Virus record (IMG/VR): IMGVR_UViG_3300025608_000030
Span: 1 to 52,044 of that record
DNA length: 52,044 nt
Source of the DNA: a virus
Taxonomy: Duplodnaviria > Caudoviricetes
Strand: one strand, 5' to 3'
Shown here piece by piece: positions 1 to 7,628 of this stretch. The translations under genes were made by a program, and so were the position numbers. The notes below the pieces were generated by a model. It did not search any database. It was not told the origin of the DNA and worked only from the letters and a program-made list of their open reading frames with translations. The first letter of the stretch is position 1, and every line of letters begins with the position of its first letter.

Positions 1-207
1 TCTATGATAACTTCTAACGAGGAGTGGACTAAGGAAGAATTCTCTGCATACTTCGAACTTGCTGAGATGATAAAAATTGGTACTAATTTAAGATTGAAAG
101 TAAAATGCGATACTTGCGGTGATGGGGAGGTCACCGCTCCGATTTACTTTCCCAGAGGGTTCCGATCTCTTTTCGTTATTTCAGATATCTTTAGAGAATT
201 ATTTTAA
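1..207 (+). CDS. 3' end of a baseplate hub / tail-assembly protein (T4 gp26-like), truncated by the window edge
   Basis: Frame is open from base 1. C-terminal CxxC (KCDTCG). Lies directly before a gp51-like ORF and a tape-measure-like gene. Confidence 0.5.
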   Translation, partial: SMITSNEEWTKEEFSAYFELAEMIKIGTNLRLKVKCDTCGDGEVTAPIYFPRGFRSLFVISDIFRELF

Positions 208-388
208 TCTAAAATTTAGACTCTGGAAAGAGCATTCTGTTGACCCATCTTGGGTTGAGACAATACCTTTTTATGAATACCAAATCTGGGTTGATATGCT
301 TAATAAGCATGTTGATAAGGAGAATAAGAAAGCTTTAGAAGAAAGCGGTCAATCAGAGGTATTTAATTTTACAAACCCAAATTCTTAG
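119..388 (+). CDS. T4 gp51-like baseplate hub assembly chaperone; true start uncertain
   Basis: SLENYFNLKF...VETIPFYEYQIWVDML resembles the small gp51-like proteins of T4-like phages. No ATG lies directly before the conserved part. Confidence 0.55.
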   Translation: MMGRSPLRFTFPEGSDLFSLFQISLENYFNLKFRLWKEHSVDPSWVETIPFYEYQIWVDMLNKHVDKENKKALEESGQSEVFNFTNPNS

Positions 389-402
389 GAACGGTTCTTC
401 CG

Positions 403-410
403 GATATATA
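403..410 (+). promoter_or_regulatory. Putative late promoter GATATATA
   Basis: Recurrent octamer upstream of structural genes; here 33 nt before ATG 444. Confidence 0.65.
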
Positions 411-443
411 GAATGTCCGCGAGGATGAAAAATATATTATCAC

Positions 444-2063
444 ATGCCAGCAGATACTAATAAAATGCTTAGTGAAATAGCAAACCTTACTAAGAATATG
501 GATATCCTCCTGAAAGAATTGAAGGAGTCCAATAATATTTCTAAGGTTTCCTCCGAAGCAATAACTTCCTTATCCAAAGGTGGATTAACAGGAAAGGGAG
601 ATGGGCTCGAAAAAATGTTTGGTGATCTTGTGAAGTCCATGGATAACCAATCTAAGGAAACCAAGGGTATGTACGATATCTTAAATAGTACATTGGGTGG
701 TAATGGTATAGGTGAACTTCTTTCAAAAAATCCCGGTGATGCTATCGGGAATATTGTTGGTGATAAAATTAGTGATAAAGTAGGAAGTAAGCTCGAAGAT
801 ACGTTAGAAGGTAAAGTACCTGACGTTATAGCATCTGTTCTTTCTAAAGCTTTGGGATCAGTTGCAGGTAATTTTGCTAAAGGCTTGCCATCCATGATCG
901 CTAGTGTCAAGGGTGGAGAAAAAATAGATTTTAAATCCATCATAGGGGGTGGAGAAAAAATAGATTTTAAATCCATCATAGGAGGCGGAGAAACTGGAAA
1001 TTTAATTTCTGGTATAGCATCTCAGATACCAGGACTTAAGGGAGGTGGGTTGTTTAAAAAGGGAGGTTTATCTTTGGTTGGAGAGGAAGGACCAGAACTT
1101 TTGGTAGGTGCCGAGGGAGAGCAGATAGTTTCTAACGAGAATCTCAAATATTTGAAAGAAAAAGCATCTGAACTGATTGGTGGACTAGACGAATCATACG
1201 CTATGGGTTTAGATGGACTTTCCGCAAAGGATATAGTAAAATGGAGCTCCATTCTTAGCGAAACTGGTTTATTTAAAGGTGAAGAAGGATTTGGGCAGGT
1301 TCGGGATTTTATCAATTATGCATACTCTGAACTTGGTCAGGATGATATACAGGGGATATTATCGGATCCAGATTCTCTAAAAGATGAGATAAAATATTTT
1401 TTAAGTGAGCAGGATAGGGAGACCTTCACACAAGAGGATCTTGTAAAATTATCTCAACCAGTTTCTAGCGACAATTTACCTGCTACTAGCGATTCACCAT
1501 CTTCGGATAGTATTCCAGAAGATGTTGGAAGCACTGTTGAACAGGTTATTTCTAAGACAGATTTGACTGAAAAAATTTCCCCACCAAAAGAGGATGGTAC
1601 TAACAATTCTTTTATGGATAGAATTAAATCTAATGAATCTTTATCCTCTGGAATTTCTTCTATAACTGATATGGTGAAGGGTAAAATAAAAGATTCGGGT
1701 GGAAACCCCGAAACAGCCTTGGGAAGCGTGGTAAATAATGCTACCACATTAGCAGAGAAAGTTTCATCAAAAAATCCAAATTTAGATGTAGAATCACTGA
1801 AGCAGAAAGCAATGGATGCAGCATCTAGTTTGAAAGGTGCTGGTGGTGATAAGCTTGGCTTGGGTAAAGGAAACGAATCTAGCACCAGTAGTTCGAACAC
1901 ACCCAAAGCTAAGCAAACCCCAGGTCAACAATCTCAACCCTCAGGAGGTAATATGGATTTGAATGATGTCAAAGGTATACTTACTGCTATCTACCAAGCA
2001 CTTAAATCACCGCTGACGGTTGTTAACGACGTCCCATTTAGACCTTCTTCCAATAATTTTTAA
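444..2063 (+). CDS. Tape-measure / baseplate-hub-like virion protein
   Basis: Gly/Ser-rich and helical. Contains the GGLxxxGGxxLVGEEGPEL motif common in tape-measure proteins. Follows the gp26/gp51-like pair. Confidence 0.5.
   Translation: MPADTNKMLSEIANLTKNMDILLKELKESNNISKVSSEAITSLSKGGLTGKGDGLEKMFGDLVKSMDNQSKETKGMYDILNSTLGGNGIGELLSKNPGDAIGNIVGDKISDKVGSKLEDTLEGKVPDVIASVLSKALGSVAGNFAKGLPSMIASVKGGEKIDFKSIIGGGEKIDFKSIIGGGETGNLISGIASQIPGLKGGGLFKKGGLSLVGEEGPELLVGAEGEQIVSNENLKYLKEKASELIGGLDESYAMGLDGLSAKDIVKWSSILSETGLFKGEEGFGQVRDFINYAYSELGQDDIQGILSDPDSLKDEIKYFLSEQDRETFTQEDLVKLSQPVSSDNLPATSDSPSSDSIPEDVGSTVEQVISKTDLTEKISPPKEDGTNNSFMDRIKSNESLSSGISSITDMVKGKIKDSGGNPETALGSVVNNATTLAEKVSSKNPNLDVESLKQKAMDAASSLKGAGGDKLGLGKGNESSTSSSNTPKAKQTPGQQSQPSGGNMDLNDVKGILTAIYQALKSPLTVVNDVPFRPSSNNF
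911..982 (+). repeat. Perfect 36-bp in-frame tandem duplication (GGEKIDFKSIIG x2)
   Basis: gggtggagaaaaaatagattttaaatccatcatagg occurs at 911-946 and 947-982. Confidence 0.95.
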
Positions 2064-2098
2064 TATTTGTTTATAACTTCATTTTTTCCAAACGGTGG

Positions 2099-2123
2099 GA
2101 AACGTTATATTTGTTTCTAACTA
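2099..2123 (+). promoter_or_regulatory. GAAAC-N17-CTA promoter-like motif overlapping a host-type TATATTTG (2106-2113)
   Basis: Both motif classes sit upstream of ATG 2137. Confidence 0.55.
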
Positions 2124-2136
2124 CCAAAAATCGCAC

Positions 2137-2697
2137 ATGGAAGAAACTTTTATCAACTCGTCTGATTTCTTTTTAAAGGAGCAGCATTCACAGAATGATT
2201 ATTGGATAGCAAATCCGAACATTGGAAAGGTTGCTATATCTGTTGAGAATTTCAATGAATTAAGCGAAACCTTTTATTCTATTAAGGATAGGAAGATGGA
2301 TCGGGTCTATCTAGAAATGGCAAAAGTGTGGGCTACAAATTCTTATTGTGAAAGGATGAAGGTCGGAAGTCTAATAGTTAAAGACAAGTCTATTATCTCT
2401 GATGGTTATAATGGATCTCCAACTGGATTCCCGAATATATGCGAGGATTCTTCTCACGTTACGCTCCCTCATGTATTACATGCAGAAGCAAATGCCATTA
2501 CTAAATTAGCTAAAAGTACCCAGAGTTCGGACGGAGCTACACTTTATGTAACGGTTTCTCCTTGCTTTGAATGCTCTAAGTTAATTATACAGAGTGGAAT
2601 AAAAAGATTGGTTTTCAAGGATCTTTACAGAAAACTTGAATCCCTTAAATTTCTTTTTGATGCTGGGATAGAGCTGGTTAGATTAAATATTAAATAG
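2137..2697 (+). CDS. cd: dCMP deaminase with N-terminal extension
   Basis: HAEANAI and SPCFEC zinc motifs; GYNG. ATG 2137 preferred over GTG 2095, which lies upstream of the promoter motif. Confidence 0.92.
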   Translation: MEETFINSSDFFLKEQHSQNDYWIANPNIGKVAISVENFNELSETFYSIKDRKMDRVYLEMAKVWATNSYCERMKVGSLIVKDKSIISDGYNGSPTGFPNICEDSSHVTLPHVLHAEANAITKLAKSTQSSDGATLYVTVSPCFECSKLIIQSGIKRLVFKDLYRKLESLKFLFDAGIELVRLNIK

Positions 2698-2725
2698 GAA
2701 TAAAAAGGAATCTAGGGGAATCAAA

Positions 2726-3343
2726 ATGGCAAAAGAAAAAAACATCCAGGTCTTGGCTGAGAACTTCATCAGGACACGGAACGAAAGAGAATTCAACCCA
2801 CTCTATGAAAGGGTTAAACCAGGGGTATTAAACCATTGTTACAACATCTTAAAGGACTTTGAATTAGCAGAGGATGCTTTTCTTAATGCGATGTCTAAAG
2901 TCTGGCAAAAGATAGAACAATATGACACTGAGCGTGGAAATTTTTCTACATGGTGTTACAACATTGCAAGAAACGAATCTCTTCTATTATTGAAGAGTAG
3001 AAAAAGATACATTTCACAGACCTCTGATGAAATGGAATATACCTCAGCGAAGTCGGAAGAAAAAAATCCTTCTTATAACATCGAAGACGATCCACTTTGG
3101 GATTTTCTTTCTGGTGGTAATGATATCGACGATATGTACGAACAGGTTATTGACGAAATCAAAGATCTCGATCCATTATATAGGGATATTATGATAGATC
3201 GGGAGATTAATGGTATGAAGTATAAAGATATCGCGGACAAGTACGGAATAAAGAAGAGATCTATTGCTACAAGAATTAGAAGGGCTCGCACCAAGATACG
3301 TAAAAAGATGGAGGATGCTATGGGAAAATCAGAATTTAACTAA
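2726..3343 (+). CDS. ECF-type RNA polymerase sigma factor
   Basis: Region 2 (AEDAFLNAMSKVW, FSTWCYNIARN) and region 4 HTH (GMKYKDIADKYGI...RIRRAR). Confidence 0.9.
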   Translation: MAKEKNIQVLAENFIRTRNEREFNPLYERVKPGVLNHCYNILKDFELAEDAFLNAMSKVWQKIEQYDTERGNFSTWCYNIARNESLLLLKSRKRYISQTSDEMEYTSAKSEEKNPSYNIEDDPLWDFLSGGNDIDDMYEQVIDEIKDLDPLYRDIMIDREINGMKYKDIADKYGIKKRSIATRIRRARTKIRKKMEDAMGKSEFN

Positions 3344-3804
3344 TGGGAAGAATATTAGCAATATTTAGGTTATTGAAAATCCTTAAGGAGTTAAGGGTTT
3401 ATTACCAGTACAGGAATTCTGTATATGACGAAAGTATTAATTCACCTATCTGGACAAGACTTAGACTCAGGAAAGATTGGCTGAGAAGAATTTATACAGT
3501 AGTTAACTTACCACCCGAGGTCACTATGTCTCGTGAATTTCCTGTAGATGCTAGACCTGCTTATGTGTTTGAAGAGCTTAAACCAGTAAACGATTATCTT
3601 ACTAAGCTTAATTTACAGGAGGTTCTTACTCCTGTTCTTAAACCTATACCTGAGACTAATGGTGATTCATATCTTGTAATCTATTATTTTTTCTTTAGGT
3701 ATCTTTCGTGGATATGGATTTTTAGGTTTATAATAGAGGTGGTTGTGATAGTACTACTTGCACTGAATTGGGAATTAATAATAAATTATATTGGGCTTGG
3801 ATAA
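3343..3804 (+). CDS. Hypothetical membrane protein
   Basis: Start coupled to the upstream stop; hydrophobic C-terminal helix. Confidence 0.7.
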   Translation: MGRILAIFRLLKILKELRVYYQYRNSVYDESINSPIWTRLRLRKDWLRRIYTVVNLPPEVTMSREFPVDARPAYVFEELKPVNDYLTKLNLQEVLTPVLKPIPETNGDSYLVIYYFFFRYLSWIWIFRFIIEVVVIVLLALNWELIINYIGLG

Positions 3805-4603
3805 TATAGAGAAAGTAAAAGAAGAATATCAGAGAAAGCTAGACATATTCAAGAATCCAGAGTTTATATTTAACGAGTCAGCTCATACGTATCATTTTGA
3901 GGGGATTAAATATGATTCAGTAACCACGTTCCTTAAGAAATTTAAAGTCCCTTTTGACAGGGAGTACTGGTCAAATAGGAAAGCTCAGGAAAGAGGTGTA
4001 GACGTTTCTGTTGTGAAGGAAGAATGGCAACAAAAAGCAAATGTTGCTAATGTCCTAGGTACAGCGGTTCATAAATGGATAGAAGATTTTTGGACAGGAC
4101 TAAATCCTGAAACTCCAGAAGATCCTGAAGTTAGAAGTAGAGTAGAAAAATTTTTATCACTTAAGGACGAGAGGTTCCAAGATCTTGTTCCGTTAGAATC
4201 CGAGCTTAAGGTTTTCTCCAAAAAATGGAGGTTAGCTGGAACCGTGGATCAACCATTTCTTATGTGGGACAAGAAGAAAAATAAGCTTTTGTTCCTAATC
4301 GGAGATTGGAAGACCAATAAGGAATTTAAAGATGATAAACACCCAAAGGGGCGTTTCAAAAAACTTCTCCATCCCTTTGCTGATCTATATGAGAATTCAC
4401 ATAACGAGTATTCAATTCAGATTAGCCTGTATAGATTAATCATAGAGGAAGAAACCGGCTTGGAAACACACGGTGGTTTCCTTTGTCATATTGGACCTCA
4501 GGATAAACCTAAGTTATATCCAGTAAAGGATTTAAGGGAAAGGTTGAAAGTATATCTCCAGCACAACAGGGAAGAATTTGATGTTTTTAACATCTCCGAG
4601 TGA
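3791..4603 (+). CDS. PD-(D/E)xK exonuclease (Cas4/RecB-like)
   Basis: SVTT, GTAVH, E...AGTVD, DWKT and QISLY motifs. Confidence 0.85.
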   Translation: MGLDNIEKVKEEYQRKLDIFKNPEFIFNESAHTYHFEGIKYDSVTTFLKKFKVPFDREYWSNRKAQERGVDVSVVKEEWQQKANVANVLGTAVHKWIEDFWTGLNPETPEDPEVRSRVEKFLSLKDERFQDLVPLESELKVFSKKWRLAGTVDQPFLMWDKKKNKLLFLIGDWKTNKEFKDDKHPKGRFKKLLHPFADLYENSHNEYSIQISLYRLIIEEETGLETHGGFLCHIGPQDKPKLYPVKDLRERLKVYLQHNREEFDVFNISE

Positions 4604-4625
4604 AACAATACTCATAAAATAACTA
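4602..4625 (+). promoter_or_regulatory. GAAAC-N16-CTA promoter-like motif
   Basis: Shared motif upstream of ATG 4645. Confidence 0.55.
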
Positions 4626-4644
4626 AAAAATAAAAAGAATTAAA

Positions 4645-5160
4645 ATGTCAAAGAAGAAAACACAGAACAAGGTAGTAGAGATCAATGCTGACCAAATGGC
4701 TGATTCAGTAGGTGAAGAGGCCCTTTCTAGACTAAACGAAGGAAGAATTAAAGCTGCTGAGGAAAATCTTGAAAATGCTAAAAAAAGAATTTCGACCAAG
4801 GTTTATGCAATTCAATTTGAATCTATGGAGCAGATTGAAAGGTATATGAGTTTTATGGAGAACGAGGCTTCTTGGAAAGAAAAGGAATCACTAGGGGTAA
4901 TCGAGATTTGTAGAGTGCTTGATCAGTTAAAGTCTGATGGTATTAAGAATAACATTCTTTATATGCAAGCTTTGCCTCTGGAAGCTAGTCACTATTTCAT
5001 TTCTAAGCAATCTGGGACTGGGTTAGCAATGGCTAGGGATTTTATTTCTATGCTTAAACCCTTTGAACAAGGTCTTGAATCTGCTAAAGCAGATGCTCAG
5101 GAAATCCAAGCTCTTGAAAAAGAGTTAGCAGCTGCTCAACAGGGTATTGAATTGGCATAA
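4645..5160 (+). CDS. Hypothetical coiled-coil protein
   Basis: 171-aa ORF with A-rich leader and downstream terminator. Confidence 0.75.
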   Translation: MSKKKTQNKVVEINADQMADSVGEEALSRLNEGRIKAAEENLENAKKRISTKVYAIQFESMEQIERYMSFMENEASWKEKESLGVIEICRVLDQLKSDGIKNNILYMQALPLEASHYFISKQSGTGLAMARDFISMLKPFEQGLESAKADAQEIQALEKELAAAQQGIELA

Positions 5161-5184
5161 TAACCATATTTACTCATAATTAAG

Positions 5185-5216
5185 ATGGGCTCCAGGTAAC
5201 TGGGGCCTATTTTTTG
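5185..5216 (+). terminator. Rho-independent terminator
   Basis: GGCTCCAG-gtaa-CTGGGGCC stem followed by a T-run. Confidence 0.8.
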
Positions 5217-5236
5217 TTGTAAAGTATATTAGGTTA

Positions 5237-5244
5237 GATATATA
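5237..5244 (+). promoter_or_regulatory. Putative late promoter GATATATA
   Basis: Lies just after the terminator and before ATG 5269. Confidence 0.65.
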
Positions 5245-5268
5245 GAGAAACTAAAATTGTAAATAGTT

Positions 5269-5562
5269 ATGATACAGAAAATTAAAGACAACTTCCAATT
5301 TGTAGTATTGGGATTTTTGGTAATTATCTTTTTTAGACAATGTGGTGTAAATAGAGATATAGACAGAATAGAAAAAGAGACAAAGGCTAAGAACGAGCTT
5401 ATCCTCGATAAACTTAATTCTATTAATACTCTAACCCGTGAAGAGATGAGACATGAAATGAATCAGGTGATGTTCCAGTTTCTTATTTATGAGGACGATT
5501 TTGATAGAAAGAAGATATCCCTGTCAGAAATTAAAAATAAATTAGAAAAGAGTGAAGAATAA
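5269..5562 (+). CDS. Small protein with N-terminal TM helix and coiled coil (possible lysis/spanin-like)
   Basis: FQFVVLGFLVIIFF followed by RQCG. Confidence 0.6.
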   Translation: MIQKIKDNFQFVVLGFLVIIFFRQCGVNRDIDRIEKETKAKNELILDKLNSINTLTREEMRHEMNQVMFQFLIYEDDFDRKKISLSEIKNKLEKSEE

Positions 5563-6313
5563 ATCAAAACTGGTAAGCGGATTTATTATAGCCACATTCG
5601 TGTCATTATACTTGATGGTGTCTGTAATTTCCACCATCCACGTAATTGACTTTTTTAAGCTATCAAACCCAACATGGTTAGCTGTTTCTCTTGCTATAGC
5701 TTTTGAAGTTGGTGCTGCTGCTTCCCTTGCTTCGTTGATTGCTATGGATAAAATGAACAAGAGCTTGGTTTGGTTTTTATTCTTTTTGCTTACAGCAATG
5801 CAAGCAATGGGTAACACATACTATGCTTTTGTAAATCTAGGAGACTATCAATCCTGGTCTGAGCTTTTTGGTCTTATTGAAGAGGAGGAGATATTCCAGA
5901 AAAGAATACTTTCTATTGTTTCGGGAGCAATTCTCCCAATAGTTGCTTTAGGGTTCATTAAGTCTTTGGTAGACTATATTAAGCCTGAAGAGGATAAAGT
6001 CCCTGATGATGACGATTTTTCTGATCTCGACTCTACCCTTAACGACGGGTTGGATGAAGATATAAGTGAGCCCCTTATTTACGATTCCTCACTGGAGATG
6101 CTTAAACCAGATCCTATGGATATACGCAAGGATGATAAATCTGAGGAAAAAGAGGATTCTACAGAGGAAATTCAGAAAGATGAGGAAAATAATAAAAAAC
6201 CAATTTCTCAGGATAATGTTGAGATAGTTAATGCAAACTCTAATAAGACAAGGGTAAGACCAAATTCTGTCAAATTACCGGAAAACCCCGATATCAATCC
6301 TACAAGACTTTAA
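5552..6313 (+). CDS. Multi-pass membrane protein with acidic C-terminal tail
   Basis: About four hydrophobic segments; D/E-rich tail. Confidence 0.7.
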   Translation: MKNKSKLVSGFIIATFVSLYLMVSVISTIHVIDFFKLSNPTWLAVSLAIAFEVGAAASLASLIAMDKMNKSLVWFLFFLLTAMQAMGNTYYAFVNLGDYQSWSELFGLIEEEEIFQKRILSIVSGAILPIVALGFIKSLVDYIKPEEDKVPDDDDFSDLDSTLNDGLDEDISEPLIYDSSLEMLKPDPMDIRKDDKSEEKEDSTEEIQKDEENNKKPISQDNVEIVNANSNKTRVRPNSVKLPENPDINPTRL

Positions 6314-6314
6314 A

Positions 6315-6989
6315 ATGAGCGCAAACATAGGAGATAATTTAGAAATTTTTGGTGGCGGATCAAGTGCTGGAGGAACTGGATCTGGTACACCTTTTGGTTA
6401 TGGTGATAGTAATTCTGCATTAACTACTGGACAATCAGGACCTTTTAATACTGAATATACATTAATAGCTAATGATCCTGGATCACTTAAAAGAGTAAAT
6501 TTAACATTCTCCAATTATAACGATCCTCACGAGGTTAGAATTTTTCAAACCTCCATGAATGTGACATACCAAGCGGAGATAGATGAAAAGCTAGATCTTT
6601 CTGAGTATTTCCACCCTTTGCAATCTTTTTCGAGTTATCAGAAACAAACTTTTGTGATTTCCCCGGATTCCTCAATTAACTTAGACCCCGGAGACTATGA
6701 CACTACATTAGGAGAGGTAAGCTTAGTAATGGCTAGGGCACATTATAAAGCAGATGCTGTGGAAGATCAGAGATTACTTTATTGGCATTATAACAGTGGA
6801 TTAAGGTACGTTATGTCTGATATGATGATGCTTACTGGACAAGTAAAACCAGAGGCATCTTGGAAGGGATGGCAAACTCTTCCCGATATGGACCAGCAAA
6901 TTGGGTATACTGGAGCAGCAACTGGTGGATTTGTATTTTCAAACCCAACAGAATATCCAGTTAAACTTACAATATTAACAGCAAGCTAA
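6315..6989 (+). CDS. Putative virion protein, paralog of 6989-7534
   Basis: Shared YW..Y...MM.LTG and GG..FSNP...VKL.I motifs. Confidence 0.65.
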   Translation: MSANIGDNLEIFGGGSSAGGTGSGTPFGYGDSNSALTTGQSGPFNTEYTLIANDPGSLKRVNLTFSNYNDPHEVRIFQTSMNVTYQAEIDEKLDLSEYFHPLQSFSSYQKQTFVISPDSSINLDPGDYDTTLGEVSLVMARAHYKADAVEDQRLLYWHYNSGLRYVMSDMMMLTGQVKPEASWKGWQTLPDMDQQIGYTGAATGGFVFSNPTEYPVKLTILTAS

Positions 6990-7534
6990 TGGCAACTAGA
7001 CCTATAATATGCCCACCACAGCCTATGGATGGATTCCTTTTTCGGAAGGATAAATTTGTGCTAGAGGAAGATTATAACATAACTAACTTTTTTGATTTTA
7101 GTGATCTCCAGGATGAGGTTATAACATATTCTAGATTAAAGATATCCCTGAAAAGAAGTAAAAGTGTAAGTATAAGTCAAACCGATATTGGTGACGAAAA
7201 CGGGTTTGTTAAATGGGTAGCGGTAAAAGTAAAATATCCATCACCTAAAAATACTGTACTTTATGGAGCTCAAACTCCAATTATACCTGGAGTTCCCACT
7301 CCAACTAACGGAACACCACAGGTAAAAAAATACATCTATTGGACTTACAGAGGAAACACCTATAACATCGGAGAGATGATGATATTGACTGGCGGAAAAC
7401 TGGGATCGACGGATTCTGAAAAAACCGGATGGAACCTCAGTGAGGATTTCTTACCGTATGAAGATGGTGGAATTATATTCAGTAACCCACACACGGATAT
7501 TGATGTAAAGCTTGAAATTATTATAGCAAGATAA
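6989..7534 (+). CDS. Putative virion protein, paralog of 6315-6989
   Basis: Same shared motifs; TAATG translational coupling. Confidence 0.65.
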   Translation: MATRPIICPPQPMDGFLFRKDKFVLEEDYNITNFFDFSDLQDEVITYSRLKISLKRSKSVSISQTDIGDENGFVKWVAVKVKYPSPKNTVLYGAQTPIIPGVPTPTNGTPQVKKYIYWTYRGNTYNIGEMMILTGGKLGSTDSEKTGWNLSEDFLPYEDGGIIFSNPHTDIDVKLEIIIAR

Positions 7535-7597
7535 TTTTTTCCAAAAAAATTACTTTTAGGCGAATATATAATGGAAAAGTTTCAATATCACAGGTGT

Positions 7598-7605
7598 GAT
7601 ATATA
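7598..7605 (+). promoter_or_regulatory. Putative late promoter GATATATA
   Basis: 23 nt before ATG 7629. Confidence 0.65.
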
Positions 7606-7628
7606 GAAAGTAAAAAAACACAAGTAGA

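Noticed and set aside
3791-4603. Cas4-like nuclease as part of a CRISPR-Cas system
   Set aside because: No array or other cas genes are present, and stand-alone PD-(D/E)xK nucleases are common in phages.
7532-7552. Inverted repeat taattttttccaaaaaaatta as a terminator
   Set aside because: The stem is A/T only and weak, and is expected by chance in AT-rich DNA.
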